DNA of 64,000 nt from NCBI GenBank assembly GCA_965220085.1, contig CBDCOZ010000003.1:1536001-1600000 (forward strand), written 5' to 3'. The notes beneath the pieces were generated by a model. The model did not search any database, had not been told where the DNA came from, and worked only from the letters and a program-made list of their open reading frames with translations. This stretch comes from Candidatus Oxydemutatoraceae bacterium (lineage in GTDB: Bacteria > Pseudomonadota > Gammaproteobacteria > Poriferisulfidales > Oxydemutatoraceae). A program made the position numbers and the translations under genes. Of the stretch, positions 45,175-58,865 are shown in pieces; the first letter of the stretch is position 1, and the number at the start of each line of letters is the position of its first letter.

Positions 45175-47565
45175 ATGCCTCCTTCCTTCCCCTGCATTTT
45201 TGCCAGGGTTTGCGCAACACTGTTCGCCGGTGTCTTCGCCGCGAACACCGCACACGCACAAGCCGGCCAATCCAACTGCACCCTCAACGAGGCGCTCACC
45301 CAAGTTCCCTCCGCCCAGCGCGCGCAGGTCTCCATGCAATTTGAGGCCTGCGCGGACAAGGACTGGGCGGCGCAAAAGCATTTCCTCTTCGGCGAAGGGT
45401 TCGGCTTTGACTTCTGCTACTGCAATGTCCGAGTGCTGGATGCGTCCTCGTCGAGCGAATGCGACCACCCTGCGACGACCTCCGCACTCAGCGCCACCGT
45501 GGACAACAACTTCAACCTCCACTATTACTTCGGCGCGACCCTGCAGTATCTTCCGGAGCGGACGGAGGAAAACAAGGACGCCTGCTTTGTGGCGCATTGT
45601 TTGGACGGGAAGGAGCCGTCGGGGTTTAATATGAACGGCGAAACCGAATGCGCAACGCCCTCAACGGCGGTGACGGTTCGCGCCATAGCGATGCCGGCAG
45701 AGGGCGGGAGCGCTGCCATTATGGGCGCGACCACCGCCTCGGTGATTCTCAACACCACCGCAACCATCGTCGCCACTCCGGCGGAGGGATGGTATGTCGA
45801 TCGGTGGGAAGGCGACGGCGGCGCTTGCGACGGTCAAACCGGCAGGCTCGAAGGTTTCAGGGGCGTGGACACAGACGAGAAATCTTGTTCGCTGCCCGCC
45901 AGCGCCGGACTGACTGTGACGGCGCATTTTGCGTTGGCGCGGGTGACGGTTCGCGCCATAGCGATGCCGGCGGAAGGCGGGAGCGCTGCCATTATGGGCG
46001 CGACCACCGCCTCGGTGATTTCAAACACCACCGCAACCATCGTCGCCACTCCGGCGGAGGGGTGGTATGTTGACCGATGGGAGGGGGACGGCGGGGCCTG
46101 CGCCGGACAAGTTGGCGGGTTTGGAAGTTCCGGAGCGGCGGACACGGATGAAAAATCCTGTTCGCTGGCCGCGAGCGCCGGACTGCGGGTGACGGTTCGT
46201 TTCGCGTCGGCGCTGTGCGTTTTCAGCGAACTTCCGTCGGGGCTGCAAACCGAGTTGGTCTCCCTGCAGATTGACGCGTGCAACGCGAAAGGATGGGGGG
46301 CGCAAAAGCATATTTTCGGCGGGGCGGAAGTGTGCCACTGCAACATCAATGCGTGGGACGGGAGGAGCGGCGACCCGGCCCGGCAGTCGTGTTTGGACGG
46401 CTCCCTCCCGCCGCATCGAACCTCCGGGTTTTCCTCGCTTGGAGAGACAAACTCCAACACGGTCGCCCCATTTTACTTCGGCGCGACCCTGCAGTATCTT
46501 CCGGAGCGGACGGAGGAAAACAAGGACGATTGTTTTGTGGCGCGATGTTCGGGGTTGACGGAGCCGTCGGGTTTCAACACAAACGGGGAGACGGAATGCC
46601 TCGCGGCAAGCGGGGCGATTTGCGGGGGTTTGACTCCGGCGAAAAATTTTGACGGCGTCGCCTGCGTGGAAGGTTGCGCGACGGGAGCGACATTGAATTC
46701 GGCTACGAACACTTGCGAATGCGGCACGGGCAATCCTAACGACTGCCTGACGCCGAGCGAGGCGGTTTGCGCGGAGCTGACTCCGCCGAAGTTTTTTGAC
46801 GGGTCGGATTGCGTTGATTTTGCGACTTGCGCGGGGCTGTTGACTTTGAATCGGCAGCATAACGGGTGCGAGTGCCGCGCGCCGAATGTTGGGACGGCTT
46901 CGGATTGTCGGGCGCCGAATCCGATTGTTTGCGCCGCGCCGGCGGTTCGGCATCCGACGGCGAATGTTTGCCAATGCAATGCGCCGAATGTTGGGACGGG
47001 GGCGGACTGCAAAGCGCCAAGCGCGGAGGTTTGCGCGGCGCTGAGTCCGGGGAGGTTTTTTGACGGGTCGGGCTGCGTTGATTTTGCGGAGTGCGCGGGG
47101 CTGTTGGTTTTGAATCCGGCGCGCAACGGCTGCGAGTGCCGCGCGCCGAATGTTGGGACGGCTTCGGATTGTCGGGCGCCGAATCCGATTGTTTGCGCCG
47201 CGCCGGCGGTTCGGCATCCGACGGCGAATGTTTGCCAATGCAATGCGCCGAATGTTGGGACGGGGGCGGACTGCAAAGCGCCAAGCGCGGAGGTTTGCGG
47301 GGGGCTGAGTCCGGGGAGGTTTTTTGACGGGTCGGGCTGCGTTGATTTTGCGGAGTGCGCGATGGCGGCGACATTGAATGCGGCGGCGAATACGTGCGAA
47401 TGCAACTCGCCCAACGAAGGGACGGCGCAGGATTGCAAGGCGCCGAGCGCGGAAGTGTGCGGGGATTTGACGCCGGCGAAGCGCTTTGACGGAACTGCCT
47501 GCGTCGATGCGCCCGAAGACATCAACCTGCGTCTGCGTATCTTCCTTGAGGGCCCGTTGCGATAG
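45175..47565 (+). CDS. Secreted cysteine-rich modular protein with two InlB B-repeat-like domains and Cys-rich tandem repeats; ends DINLRLRIFLEGPLR (alternative start 45139)
   Basis: Signal peptide ...AGVFAANTAHA-Q; 2 x 91-aa repeat (ATPAEGWYVDRWEGD...C...C...VT..F); 2 x Cys domain ending YFGATLQYLPERTEENKD; 88-aa repeats with 10 Cys each. Confidence 0.88.
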   Translation: MPPSFPCIFARVCATLFAGVFAANTAHAQAGQSNCTLNEALTQVPSAQRAQVSMQFEACADKDWAAQKHFLFGEGFGFDFCYCNVRVLDASSSSECDHPATTSALSATVDNNFNLHYYFGATLQYLPERTEENKDACFVAHCLDGKEPSGFNMNGETECATPSTAVTVRAIAMPAEGGSAAIMGATTASVILNTTATIVATPAEGWYVDRWEGDGGACDGQTGRLEGFRGVDTDEKSCSLPASAGLTVTAHFALARVTVRAIAMPAEGGSAAIMGATTASVISNTTATIVATPAEGWYVDRWEGDGGACAGQVGGFGSSGAADTDEKSCSLAASAGLRVTVRFASALCVFSELPSGLQTELVSLQIDACNAKGWGAQKHIFGGAEVCHCNINAWDGRSGDPARQSCLDGSLPPHRTSGFSSLGETNSNTVAPFYFGATLQYLPERTEENKDDCFVARCSGLTEPSGFNTNGETECLAASGAICGGLTPAKNFDGVACVEGCATGATLNSATNTCECGTGNPNDCLTPSEAVCAELTPPKFFDGSDCVDFATCAGLLTLNRQHNGCECRAPNVGTASDCRAPNPIVCAAPAVRHPTANVCQCNAPNVGTGADCKAPSAEVCAALSPGRFFDGSGCVDFAECAGLLVLNPARNGCECRAPNVGTASDCRAPNPIVCAAPAVRHPTANVCQCNAPNVGTGADCKAPSAEVCGGLSPGRFFDGSGCVDFAECAMAATLNAAANTCECNSPNEGTAQDCKAPSAEVCGDLTPAKRFDGTACVDAPEDINLRLRIFLEGPLR
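45670..46203 (+). repeat. Two intragenic 273-bp (91-aa) repeats
   Basis: GTGACGGTTCGCGCCATAGCGATGCCGGC at 45670 and 45943. Confidence 0.9.
46792..47360 (+). repeat. Intragenic 264-bp (88-aa) near-identical tandem repeat, slightly over 2 copies, with degenerate flanking units
   Basis: TTTTTTGAC-GGGTCGG anchors at 46801, 47065, 47329. Confidence 0.92.
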
Positions 47566-47690
47566 CCGGCATCACTCCGCTCAAGCCGCCGGCGCGTCCC
47601 GTTTGCTTCCTTCGTCGCATGGGTTTCTTGAACAGCGGTCTGCGGGTGCGGCCGACTGCGGCGCGGCAAGGGAGGGCTACCCGCCGCTCA

Positions 47691-47726
47691 CCGTGTAAAA
47701 ACGGCAAGATGCCGTTTTACAACGGC
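47691..47726. terminator. Hairpin between the convergent Cys-rich gene and rpoC
   Basis: CCGTGTAAAAACGGCA-AGA-TGCCGTTTTACAACGG imperfect inverted repeat. Confidence 0.5.
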
Positions 47727-47790
47727 TGCTCATCATCGGCTAGGCGGCGCGTATACGCCGCGGGGGCTTTATCGCCCGAGCGGAGGGCCC

Positions 47791-51987
<4,197 letters not shown>

Positions 51988-52024
51988 TTGTAATCAACTC
52001 CTTAAGTAATCGGGCGCGGCGGCA

Positions 52025-55000
52025 TTAAGTGTCTTCGCTGCTTCGCATATCAATATTGAGTCCGAGCGAACGGATCTCTTTCATCAAAACATTGAACGAC
52101 TCCGGCAGGCCAAACTCGGTGCTCTGCTCCCCGTTAACGATGCCTTTATACATCTTATTGCGGCCCCTCGTGTCGTCAGACTTCACAGTCAGCATCTCTT
52201 GCAACACATGCGCCGCGCCGTAGGCTTTCAGCGCCCACACTTCCATCTCGCCAAAACGCTGGCCGCCAAACTGGGCTTTGCCGCCGAGCGGTTGCTGCGT
52301 GATCATGCTGTAGGGGCCGGTCGAGCGGGCGTGCATCTTGTCGTCCACCAGGTGGTTGAGCTTCATGATGTACATATAGCCGACCGTCACCGGATGATCA
52401 AACGGATCGCCCGATCGTCCGTCGTATAGTACCGCTTGTCCGGACTCCGGCAGGCCGGCGAGTTTGAGCAGCCCTTTGATTTCCTTTTCGCTGGCGCCGT
52501 CAAATACCGGCGTTGCAATCGGCAGGCCGGCGCGCAAATTATTCGCCAAGGTGATGACCTCATCGTCGTCCAGCTTTTTCAGGTCTTCTTTTCTCACACC
52601 GTCGCCGTAGTCATATATCTCTTGCACAAAACTGCGGAGCTCGCCGACTTCCGCCTGTCGATCAAGCATCTCTCCGATCTTCAAACCCAAGCCGCGGGCG
52701 GCCCAACCCAGATGGGTTTCGAGTACCTGTCCGACATTCATACGCGAAGGCACGCCCAAGGGGTTGAGAACAATATCCACCGGCGTGCCGTCTTCCATAT
52801 ACGGCATGTCCTCAACCGGCGCGACCCTTGACACAACGCCCTTGTTGCCGTGCCGGCCCGCGAGTTTGTCGCCGGCTTGCAAACGGCGCTTGACCGCCAG
52901 ATATACCTTGACGATCTTTAAGATATCGGGAGCCATTTCGTCTCCGGCCTGCAAACGCTTGCGCTTGCTTGCAAAATCTTTCTCCGAGCGGCGGGTCTGT
53001 TCCTCCAACTGCCTGGCGAACTTTTCCAGTTGCTTGCTCACCGCATCATTGCGCATGCGGATATCAAACCATTTCTCGCGCTTGATACTATTCAGATACG
53101 CTTCGTTGATCTGCGTGGCGGAAGTCAGGCCGTTCGGCCCTTTGTCCGCAATCTTATTAGTGAGGAGTTTAGCGACGCGGGCATAGACATCGTCCTCATA
53201 GATACGCAACTCGTCTTTCATGTCCTTGCGCAGTCTTTTGATCTCATCTGTCTCAATCCACTTGGCGCGCTCGTCCTTGTCCATGCCGGTGCGAGTCAGC
53301 ACTCTGACATCGATGACCGTGCCTTCCATGCCGGAAGAAACCCGCAACGAATTGTCTTTTACATCGGCCGCCTTCTGACCGAAGATGGCCCGCAACAGGC
53401 TCTCTTCCGGGGTGACATGCGCCTCGCCTTTCGGCGTCACTTTGCCGACCAAGATGTCTCCCGATTTCACCACCGCGCCGACGCGGATAATCCCGCACTC
53501 ATCCAAGTTTGCAAGCAGGCTTTCGCTGATGTTCGGAATGTCCGCGGTGACTTCCTCGTTGCCCATCTTTGTCACGCGGGCGGTGCACGTCAGCTCTTCT
53601 ATATGAATCGTGGTAAAGCAATCTTCTTCGACCGCTTTCTCGGAAATGAGAATGGAGTCTTCAAAGTTGTATCCGTTCCACGGCATAAAAGCGATCAGCA
53701 TGTTTTGTCCCAGCGCCAACTCGCCGCGGTCGGTGGAAGAACCGTCGGCCAGCACATCGCCTTTCTCAATCATATCGCCGGGCGAAACCAGCGGCGACTG
53801 ATTGACACAGGTGTTCTGGTTGGAGCGGGTGTATTTGATCAGTTTGTAAATATCAACCCCCGCTTCGTCGTGCTGTGTTTCTTCGTCATTGACCCGCACG
53901 ACGATGCGCGACGCGTCCACGCTATCGACTACTCCGCCGCGTTGCGCCACCAGAGTCGCGCCGGAGTTAGACGCGACAAACTTTTCCATGCCGGTACCAA
54001 TCAGGGGTTTCTCGCTGATTAGAGTGGGCACCGCCTGGCGTTGCATATTGGAGCCCATCAACGCGCGGTTGGCATCGTCGTGCTCTAGGAACGGAATCAG
54101 GGCGGTCGCGATTGAAACGATTTGCCGCGGCGAGATATCCATGTACTCAACCTTATCGGGCGCGGACAACATGGACTCGTTTTGCTTGCGACAGGAGACT
54201 ATCTCGTCTATCAGATTGCCTTTGGTATCCACTTTTGTGTTGGCTTGCGCGATGGTATATTGGCCTTCTTCGATCGCCGACAAGTACTCGACTTTATTGG
54301 TCAGGCGCCCCTTGTTTACTTTCAGGTACGGCGTCTCCAAAAAGCCGTGATGGTTCGGTTGCGCATAGGTCGCCAACGAGTTTATCAGGCCGATGTTCGG
54401 GCCTTCCGGAGTCTCAATCGGGCATAGTCTTCCATAGTGTGTCGGGTGCACATCGCGCACTTCAAAGCTGGCCCGCTCGCGCGTCAGACCGCCCGGCCCC
54501 AGCGCCGATATCCTGCGCTTGTGGGTAATCTCGGACAGCGGGTTGTTCTGGTCCATAAATTGGGACAGTTGGCTGGAGCCGAAGAATTCCTTCACCGATG
54601 CCGTAACCGGCTTGGCGTTGATCAACTCCTGCGGCATCAAGTTTTCCGCCTCGGCCGAGGTCAGGCGCTCCCGCACGACCCGCTCTATTCTCAACAAACC
54701 CGTGTGTACGGCATTCTCAACCATCTCGCCGACACAGCGCACACGGCGGTTGCCGAGATGATCGATGTCATCGACCGTGTCCTTGCCATTGCGGATGGCG
54801 ATCAATACTTTGAGCACATCGACAATATCCTGCTTGTCGAGCGTGCCTCTGATCTCCTCTTTTGTCTCGCGTCCGATCCGGCTGTTGAACTTCATGCGTC
54901 CGATTTCGGACAGGTTGTAACGTTCCGGACTCATGAAGATGCTGTTGAAAAGCGCTTCGGCCGCATCTTTGGACGGCGGTTCTCCCGGCCGCATCATTTT

Positions 55001-56143
55001 GTAAATATCCACTTTTGCGTTGGCTTCTTTTTCCTCGTACTTTTGGGTCGAATGGGTGTTTGACTCCAATCGCAGGGTCAGGGAGATAAAGGGGCCGTAA
55101 TCGATCTCGTTGGTATATATGGTCTTGAAGGTTTTCACTTTCGCCTGCGCCATACGTTCCAGAATCTCGGCGGTGATTTCATCGTTAGCCGATACGACTA
55201 CCTCGCCGGTCTTCTTGTCCACGATGTCGTGCGCCAGCGTCTTGCCGACGATGTAATCCGCCGGCACTTGTATCACCGATATCTTCGCTTCCTTGAGCTT
55301 CTTTACGTGGGCGGCTGTGACCCTGCGCCCGGCCTCCACCAAAACTTTTCTGCCGACGACGATGTTAAATTGCAGTATCTCTCCTCGCAGACGCTCCGGT
55401 ATGATGCGCAACTTGTAGATCCCGGCGCTGTAAGCGATGCGATCGGTATCAAAAAAGGTATCCAAGATTTCCTCGTCGCTCATCCCCATCGCATGGAGCA
55501 AAACCGATGCCGGCAACTTGCGGCGGCGGTCTATGCGTACGAACAGGCAATCCTTGGGATCAAATTCAAAATCCAACCAGGAACCGAAGTAAGGAATGAT
55601 GCGAGCGGAGTATAAGACCTTGCCGGAAGAGTGCGTCTTGCCTTTATCGTGCTCAAAAAACACGCCCGGCGAACGGTGTAATTGCGATACCACGACGCGC
55701 TCTGTGCCGTTGATAATAAAGGAACCGGTATCTGTCATCAGCGGTAATTCGCCGAGGTAGACTTCTTGTTCCTTCATTTCGCCGGTGGGGCGGGGACGGT
55801 CTTTGTCGCGCTTCTTATCCATCAGCACCAAGCGTAATTGCACTTTCAGCGATGCGGCATAACTGCGTCCGCGCATCTTGCATTCCCGTACGGTGAGCTC
55901 CGAATCGCTCAATTCATAACCCAAGTATTGAAGCTCGGCGTTGCCGGAACTGCTGACGATCGGGAAAACAGAATCCAGCGCTCCGTGCAAGCCCTTTTTC
56001 TTGCGCTTTTCATGCGCTATCCCTTTCTGCAGAAAGTTCTTGTACGCATCGAGTTGCATCTGTAGCATGTCGGGCACCTCAAGCCTTTCGACTTGTCTGC
56101 CAAACTTTTTGCGAATCCGCTTTCTCTCGGTGAAGTTATACAC
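52025..56143 (-). CDS. rpoB: RNA polymerase beta subunit
   Basis: [44 protein letters not shown]; GTG start after AAGGAG. Confidence 0.99.
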   Translation of the reverse strand: MYNFTERKRIRKKFGRQVERLEVPDMLQMQLDAYKNFLQKGIAHEKRKKKGLHGALDSVFPIVSSSGNAELQYLGYELSDSELTVRECKMRGRSYAASLKVQLRLVLMDKKRDKDRPRPTGEMKEQEVYLGELPLMTDTGSFIINGTERVVVSQLHRSPGVFFEHDKGKTHSSGKVLYSARIIPYFGSWLDFEFDPKDCLFVRIDRRRKLPASVLLHAMGMSDEEILDTFFDTDRIAYSAGIYKLRIIPERLRGEILQFNIVVGRKVLVEAGRRVTAAHVKKLKEAKISVIQVPADYIVGKTLAHDIVDKKTGEVVVSANDEITAEILERMAQAKVKTFKTIYTNEIDYGPFISLTLRLESNTHSTQKYEEKEANAKVDIYKMMRPGEPPSKDAAEALFNSIFMSPERYNLSEIGRMKFNSRIGRETKEEIRGTLDKQDIVDVLKVLIAIRNGKDTVDDIDHLGNRRVRCVGEMVENAVHTGLLRIERVVRERLTSAEAENLMPQELINAKPVTASVKEFFGSSQLSQFMDQNNPLSEITHKRRISALGPGGLTRERASFEVRDVHPTHYGRLCPIETPEGPNIGLINSLATYAQPNHHGFLETPYLKVNKGRLTNKVEYLSAIEEGQYTIAQANTKVDTKGNLIDEIVSCRKQNESMLSAPDKVEYMDISPRQIVSIATALIPFLEHDDANRALMGSNMQRQAVPTLISEKPLIGTGMEKFVASNSGATLVAQRGGVVDSVDASRIVVRVNDEETQHDEAGVDIYKLIKYTRSNQNTCVNQSPLVSPGDMIEKGDVLADGSSTDRGELALGQNMLIAFMPWNGYNFEDSILISEKAVEEDCFTTIHIEELTCTARVTKMGNEEVTADIPNISESLLANLDECGIIRVGAVVKSGDILVGKVTPKGEAHVTPEESLLRAIFGQKAADVKDNSLRVSSGMEGTVIDVRVLTRTGMDKDERAKWIETDEIKRLRKDMKDELRIYEDDVYARVAKLLTNKIADKGPNGLTSATQINEAYLNSIKREKWFDIRMRNDAVSKQLEKFARQLEEQTRRSEKDFASKRKRLQAGDEMAPDILKIVKVYLAVKRRLQAGDKLAGRHGNKGVVSRVAPVEDMPYMEDGTPVDIVLNPLGVPSRMNVGQVLETHLGWAARGLGLKIGEMLDRQAEVGELRSFVQEIYDYGDGVRKEDLKKLDDDEVITLANNLRAGLPIATPVFDGASEKEIKGLLKLAGLPESGQAVLYDGRSGDPFDHPVTVGYMYIMKLNHLVDDKMHARSTGPYSMITQQPLGGKAQFGGQRFGEMEVWALKAYGAAHVLQEMLTVKSDDTRGRNKMYKGIVNGEQSTEFGLPESFNVLMKEIRSLGLNIDMRSSEDT

Positions 56144-56241
56144 TTTTATGCCACTCCTTTAACACGTATGAACGATGCTCTCAGGCAAATAGAAACCCGC
56201 GCCGGCGCCGCGTAGGCCCGGATTAATTGCTATGTGCCCGC

Positions 56242-56616
56242 TCACTTGAGCTCAACAGATGCGCCCGCTTCTTCAAGCTGCTTCTTGATTGCTTCCGCTT
56301 CTTCTTTGGTCGCGCCCTCTTTGACAACGGACGGAGCGCCTTCGACCATCTCCTTGGCTTCCTTGAGGCCAAGACCGGTAATGCTGCGAACAACCTTGAT
56401 AACGCCGACCTTGCTGTCTCCAAAACCGCTGAGGGTGACGTCAAAGCTGTCTTTTTCTTCCGCTTCCGCCGCCGCGGCCGCGGCCGCCGCCGGCGCCGCC
56501 GCAACCGCCGCCGCCGTCACACCAAACTTTTCTTCCATTGCGGAAACAAGATCGACGACATCCATCACCGACATTTCGGAAATGGCATCAATTATATTTT
56601 CCTTTGATAAAGACAT
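56242..56616 (-). CDS. rplL: 50S ribosomal protein L7/L12
   Basis: [10 protein letters not shown] hinge, [12 protein letters not shown]. Confidence 0.98.
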   Translation of the reverse strand: MSLSKENIIDAISEMSVMDVVDLVSAMEEKFGVTAAAVAAAPAAAAAAAAEAEEKDSFDVTLSGFGDSKVGVIKVVRSITGLGLKEAKEMVEGAPSVVKEGATKEEAEAIKKQLEEAGASVELK

Positions 56617-56641
56617 AATATTTCTCCTGTTAAGTTAATTC

Positions 56642-57178
56642 TTATGATTTCTCATGATCCCGCTTTTGCATACGCACCGCATCTATGGTACGTGCCAACT
56701 TCGCAGTCGGAGCGGCTAAAATTCTGGCCAATTGCGCGATGGGTTCTTTCATGACCGCCAATAATATGGCCAAGGCTTGTTCGCGGTTCGGCAGGCTCGC
56801 CAAGCGACCGATCTCCGATAGGTCGCGCAATTCTCCGTTAAACGAGATGACCTTGGCTTCAATCCCTTCGTTGGCTTTGGCAAACGTGTGAATCACCCGC
56901 GCCGCGGCGGCGGGTTCCTCGTTTGAGAAAAACAGCGCCAGAGGACCCTTCAATTCGTCCGTCATGCACTCGTAAGGCGTGTCCGACAGGGCCTTTCTGG
57001 CCAGAGTGTTCTTGACGATACACACCGAGACGCCGTCTTCGCGCGCCTGCTTGCGCAATTGATTCATTTGATTGGCGGTCATGCTTTGGTAATCCGCCGC
57101 CAGAGCAAGCGAGGCATGCTTTGCCATAGTCGAAACCTTGTCAACTATCATTTGCTTTTTTTCCAGATTCGTCGTCAT
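56642..57178 (-). CDS. rplJ: 50S ribosomal protein L10
   Basis: LRKQAR..VKNTLARKA, LASLPNREQ. Confidence 0.96.
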   Translation of the reverse strand: MTTNLEKKQMIVDKVSTMAKHASLALAADYQSMTANQMNQLRKQAREDGVSVCIVKNTLARKALSDTPYECMTDELKGPLALFFSNEEPAAAARVIHTFAKANEGIEAKVISFNGELRDLSEIGRLASLPNREQALAILLAVMKEPIAQLARILAAPTAKLARTIDAVRMQKRDHEKS

Positions 57179-57182
57179 TTCC

Positions 57183-57878
57183 TTAGCTCCGAAGCACAGA
57201 CTGATCGATCTTTAAGCCGGGGCCCATGGTTGAAGACACGACGAGCTTTTTCATGTATGTCCCTTTTGCCGAAGCCGGCTTTGAGTCCCATATGTGAGAA
57301 ATCAATGCGCCGAGGTTCTCTTCCAATTTGTCATTGTCAAAATCCAAGCGGCCGATACTGCAATGAATAATCCCCGCTTTGTCCGTGCGATACCTCGCCT
57401 GCCCGGTTTTTGCGGAGCGCACCGCGTTGGCAATATCTTGGGTTACCGTTCCGTCTTTCGGGTTGGGCATCAGTCCGCGCGGGCCGAGAACCTGTCCGAC
57501 TTTTCCGATCGACGGCATCGCATCCGGCGATGCGATGACGACATCCCAATCAAAATTTCCCGCCTCAACTTTTTTAACCAACTCCTCAAGACCGACGTCA
57601 TCCGCGCCCGCCTGCTGTGCCGCATCGACCAACTCCCCTTGCGCAAACACCGCCACTTTGATCGCCTTGCCCAAGCCGTGCGGCAAATCGCCGGAGCCGC
57701 GCACGACCTGATCGCTTTTGCGGGAATCCACGCCGAGCTTGATGCTGACATCCACCGATTCGGAAAATTTGGCCTTCGGACATTGCTTCAACAAAGAAAA
57801 AGCTTCGTCGGGCGCATATTGCTTGTCCTCCCGGCATAGTTCTAAGATCGCTTTGCGTCGCTTGGATAGTTTTGCCAT
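57183..57878 (-). CDS. rplA: 50S ribosomal protein L1
   Basis: LPHGLGK, LGPRGLMPNPK, SSTMGPG. Confidence 0.98.
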   Translation of the reverse strand: MAKLSKRRKAILELCREDKQYAPDEAFSLLKQCPKAKFSESVDVSIKLGVDSRKSDQVVRGSGDLPHGLGKAIKVAVFAQGELVDAAQQAGADDVGLEELVKKVEAGNFDWDVVIASPDAMPSIGKVGQVLGPRGLMPNPKDGTVTQDIANAVRSAKTGQARYRTDKAGIIHCSIGRLDFDNDKLEENLGALISHIWDSKPASAKGTYMKKLVVSSTMGPGLKIDQSVLRS

Positions 57879-58318
57879 TACCGTACCCCCTCCGTTTCAA
57901 TACCCATGCTGCGCGCGCTGCCGGCAATCGTTCTCACGGCATTATCCATATCAACCGCCGTCAAATCGGCGCTTTTCAATTTCACGATCTCTTCCAATTG
58001 CGCGCGGGTTACTTTGCCGACTTTTTCAATGTTCGGCGTACCGCTCGCTTTTGTGACCCCGGCCGCCTTCTTCAGCAACGCCGATGCGGGCGGAGATTTT
58101 ATTACAAACGAGAAGCTCCTGTCATCATATGCGCTGATGACTACCGGCACCGGCATCCCCTTCTCAAGATCTTTGCTCCGCTCGTTGAACGACTTGCAGA
58201 ATTCCTGAATATTCAGGCCGTGCTGTCCCAACGCCGGGCCTATCGGCGGGGCCGGGTCGGCGGCGCCCGCGGGCACTTGCAACTTAATCACTACTTCCGC
58301 TTGTTTCGGCGCGGCCAT
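57878..58318 (-). CDS. rplK: 50S ribosomal protein L11
   Basis: [22 protein letters not shown]. Confidence 0.98.
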   Translation of the reverse strand: MAAPKQAEVVIKLQVPAGAADPAPPIGPALGQHGLNIQEFCKSFNERSKDLEKGMPVPVVISAYDDRSFSFVIKSPPASALLKKAAGVTKASGTPNIEKVGKVTRAQLEEIVKLKSADLTAVDMDNAVRTIAGSARSMGIETEGVR

Positions 58319-58857
58319 CAGCTTTTCTCCACTTGAGTAAAATCCAATTCGACAGGTGTCGAACGACCAAAAATCTGCACCAATACCAGCAACTTGCTCT
58401 TTTCATAATTGACTTCTTCCACCATGCCGCTGAAGTCATTAAACGGGCCGTCGGTGACACGCACCTCCTCGCCCGCTTCAAACAGTATTTCCGGCCCGAC
58501 TTTGCTGCTGCCTTCGCTCATCCGCTTCTGAATGTTGGCGATTTCCGCATCGCTGAGCGGACGCGGGCGCAGATTATTCTCCATAGAGGCGCCGACAAAA
58601 CCGACTACGCGCGGCACATTCTTAATCAAATGCCAGGTGTCGTCATCCATTTCCATCCTCACCAAAACATAGCCCGGAAAAAACTTGCGTTCCGCTTTGC
58701 GCTTCTTCCCTGCCTTCATTTCGACTATTTGTTCCTGCGGTATCATGACTTCTGTAATCTTGTCCTGGACATTGTTTTGCGCCACGCGGTCTTCAAGAGA
58801 ACGCTTGACTTGCTTTTCATATCCGGAATATGTCGATACGGCATACCAAGCTAACAT
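58318..58857 (-). CDS. nusG: Transcription termination/antitermination factor NusG
   Basis: [37 protein letters not shown]. Confidence 0.97.
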   Translation of the reverse strand: MLAWYAVSTYSGYEKQVKRSLEDRVAQNNVQDKITEVMIPQEQIVEMKAGKKRKAERKFFPGYVLVRMEMDDDTWHLIKNVPRVVGFVGASMENNLRPRPLSDAEIANIQKRMSEGSSKVGPEILFEAGEEVRVTDGPFNDFSGMVEEVNYEKSKLLVLVQIFGRSTPVELDFTQVEKS

Positions 58858-58865
58858 CGCGCCAA

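Noticed and set aside
42430-47565. Diversity-generating retroelement
   Set aside because: No reverse transcriptase in the window, and differences between repeat copies are not confined to adenines.
42430-47565. The two gene tails as terminal inverted repeats of a transposon
   Set aside because: Differences are mostly synonymous, indicating protein-level constraint; the inversion simply follows from divergent gene orientation.
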